Position numbers and translations under genes: made by a program. From NCBI GenBank assembly GCA_947174325.1, contig CAMWIL010000001.1, positions 14,989 through 78,988 on the forward strand: 64,000 bases of DNA. Direction: 5' to 3'. Source of the stretch: an uncultured Clostridia bacterium. Its GTDB lineage: Bacteria > Bacillota > Clostridia > Christensenellales > UBA3700. Below are positions 63,903-64,000 of this stretch, one piece after another (the stretch's first letter is position 1; each line of letters opens with the position of its first letter). A model generated the notes under the pieces. It did not search any database. It had not been told where the DNA came from and worked only from the letters and a program-made list of their open reading frames with translations.

Positions 63903-64000
63903 ATGAAAAAACGAGTGTTATTATATACGACGGTCGGACTGCTCGCGGTAATGCTGATCATAGGCGCGACGTTGGGCGGATACGCTTTGTCGGTAAACTA
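63903..64000 (+). CDS. 5' end of a gene encoding a protein with an N-terminal TM or signal segment (truncated by the window)
   Basis: ATG preceded by AAGGAAG. MKKRVLLYTTVGLLAVMLIIGATLGGYALSVN... stays open to the window edge. Confidence 0.35.
   Translation, partial: MKKRVLLYTTVGLLAVMLIIGATLGGYALSVN

Overview
This 64-kb window looks like ordinary chromosome from an endospore-forming, moderately AT-rich Firmicute, probably Clostridia-like. The evidence is a spoIIE 3' part, a gerA-type germinant receptor operon, PFOR, and an ecfA1-ecfA2-ecfT-truA block. I can support about 54 protein genes, 3 tRNAs (Glu on the minus strand, then initiator Met and elongator Met on the plus strand), one riboswitch-like leader, about 12 intrinsic terminators and several sigma-A-like promoters. 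The recognisable content falls into these groups:

- **Glycolysis:** pgk-tpiA-gpmI.
- **HexNAc and glycan metabolism:** nahK-galE-pglF-like, nagA, a GH2 beta-mannosidase and MFS transporters.
- **Polyamine uptake:** a regulator followed by potABCD.
- **Envelope stress or surface:** an ECF-type sigma factor, a membrane protein and a divergent VWA lipoprotein.
- **Orphan surface proteins:** several large lipoproteins, including a CotH-like one, a BspA-type LRR one and a DUF4874/4832-like one.

I found no rRNA, CRISPR array, transposase, integrase, phage gene or recognisable defence gene. I cannot point to a convincing new multi-gene system. The most interesting items are:

- a preQ1-I-like aptamer interrupted by an extra hairpin, upstream of a radical-SAM plus YhhQ pair (candidate queuine/7-deazaguanine salvage);
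- a tightly packed MFS / membrane-anchored ComEC-type MBL / ProB-like kinase / UDG-superfamily operon with no obvious pathway logic;
- recurrent TATAAT-N6-7-ATG (leaderless-type) gene starts;
- large lineage-specific insertions in housekeeping proteins (PotA, Pgk, EcfA2);
- an inverted tRNA-Glu 3'-half relic beside the intact tRNA-Glu.

All functional calls rest on motif recognition and recalled family knowledge. No database search was run.
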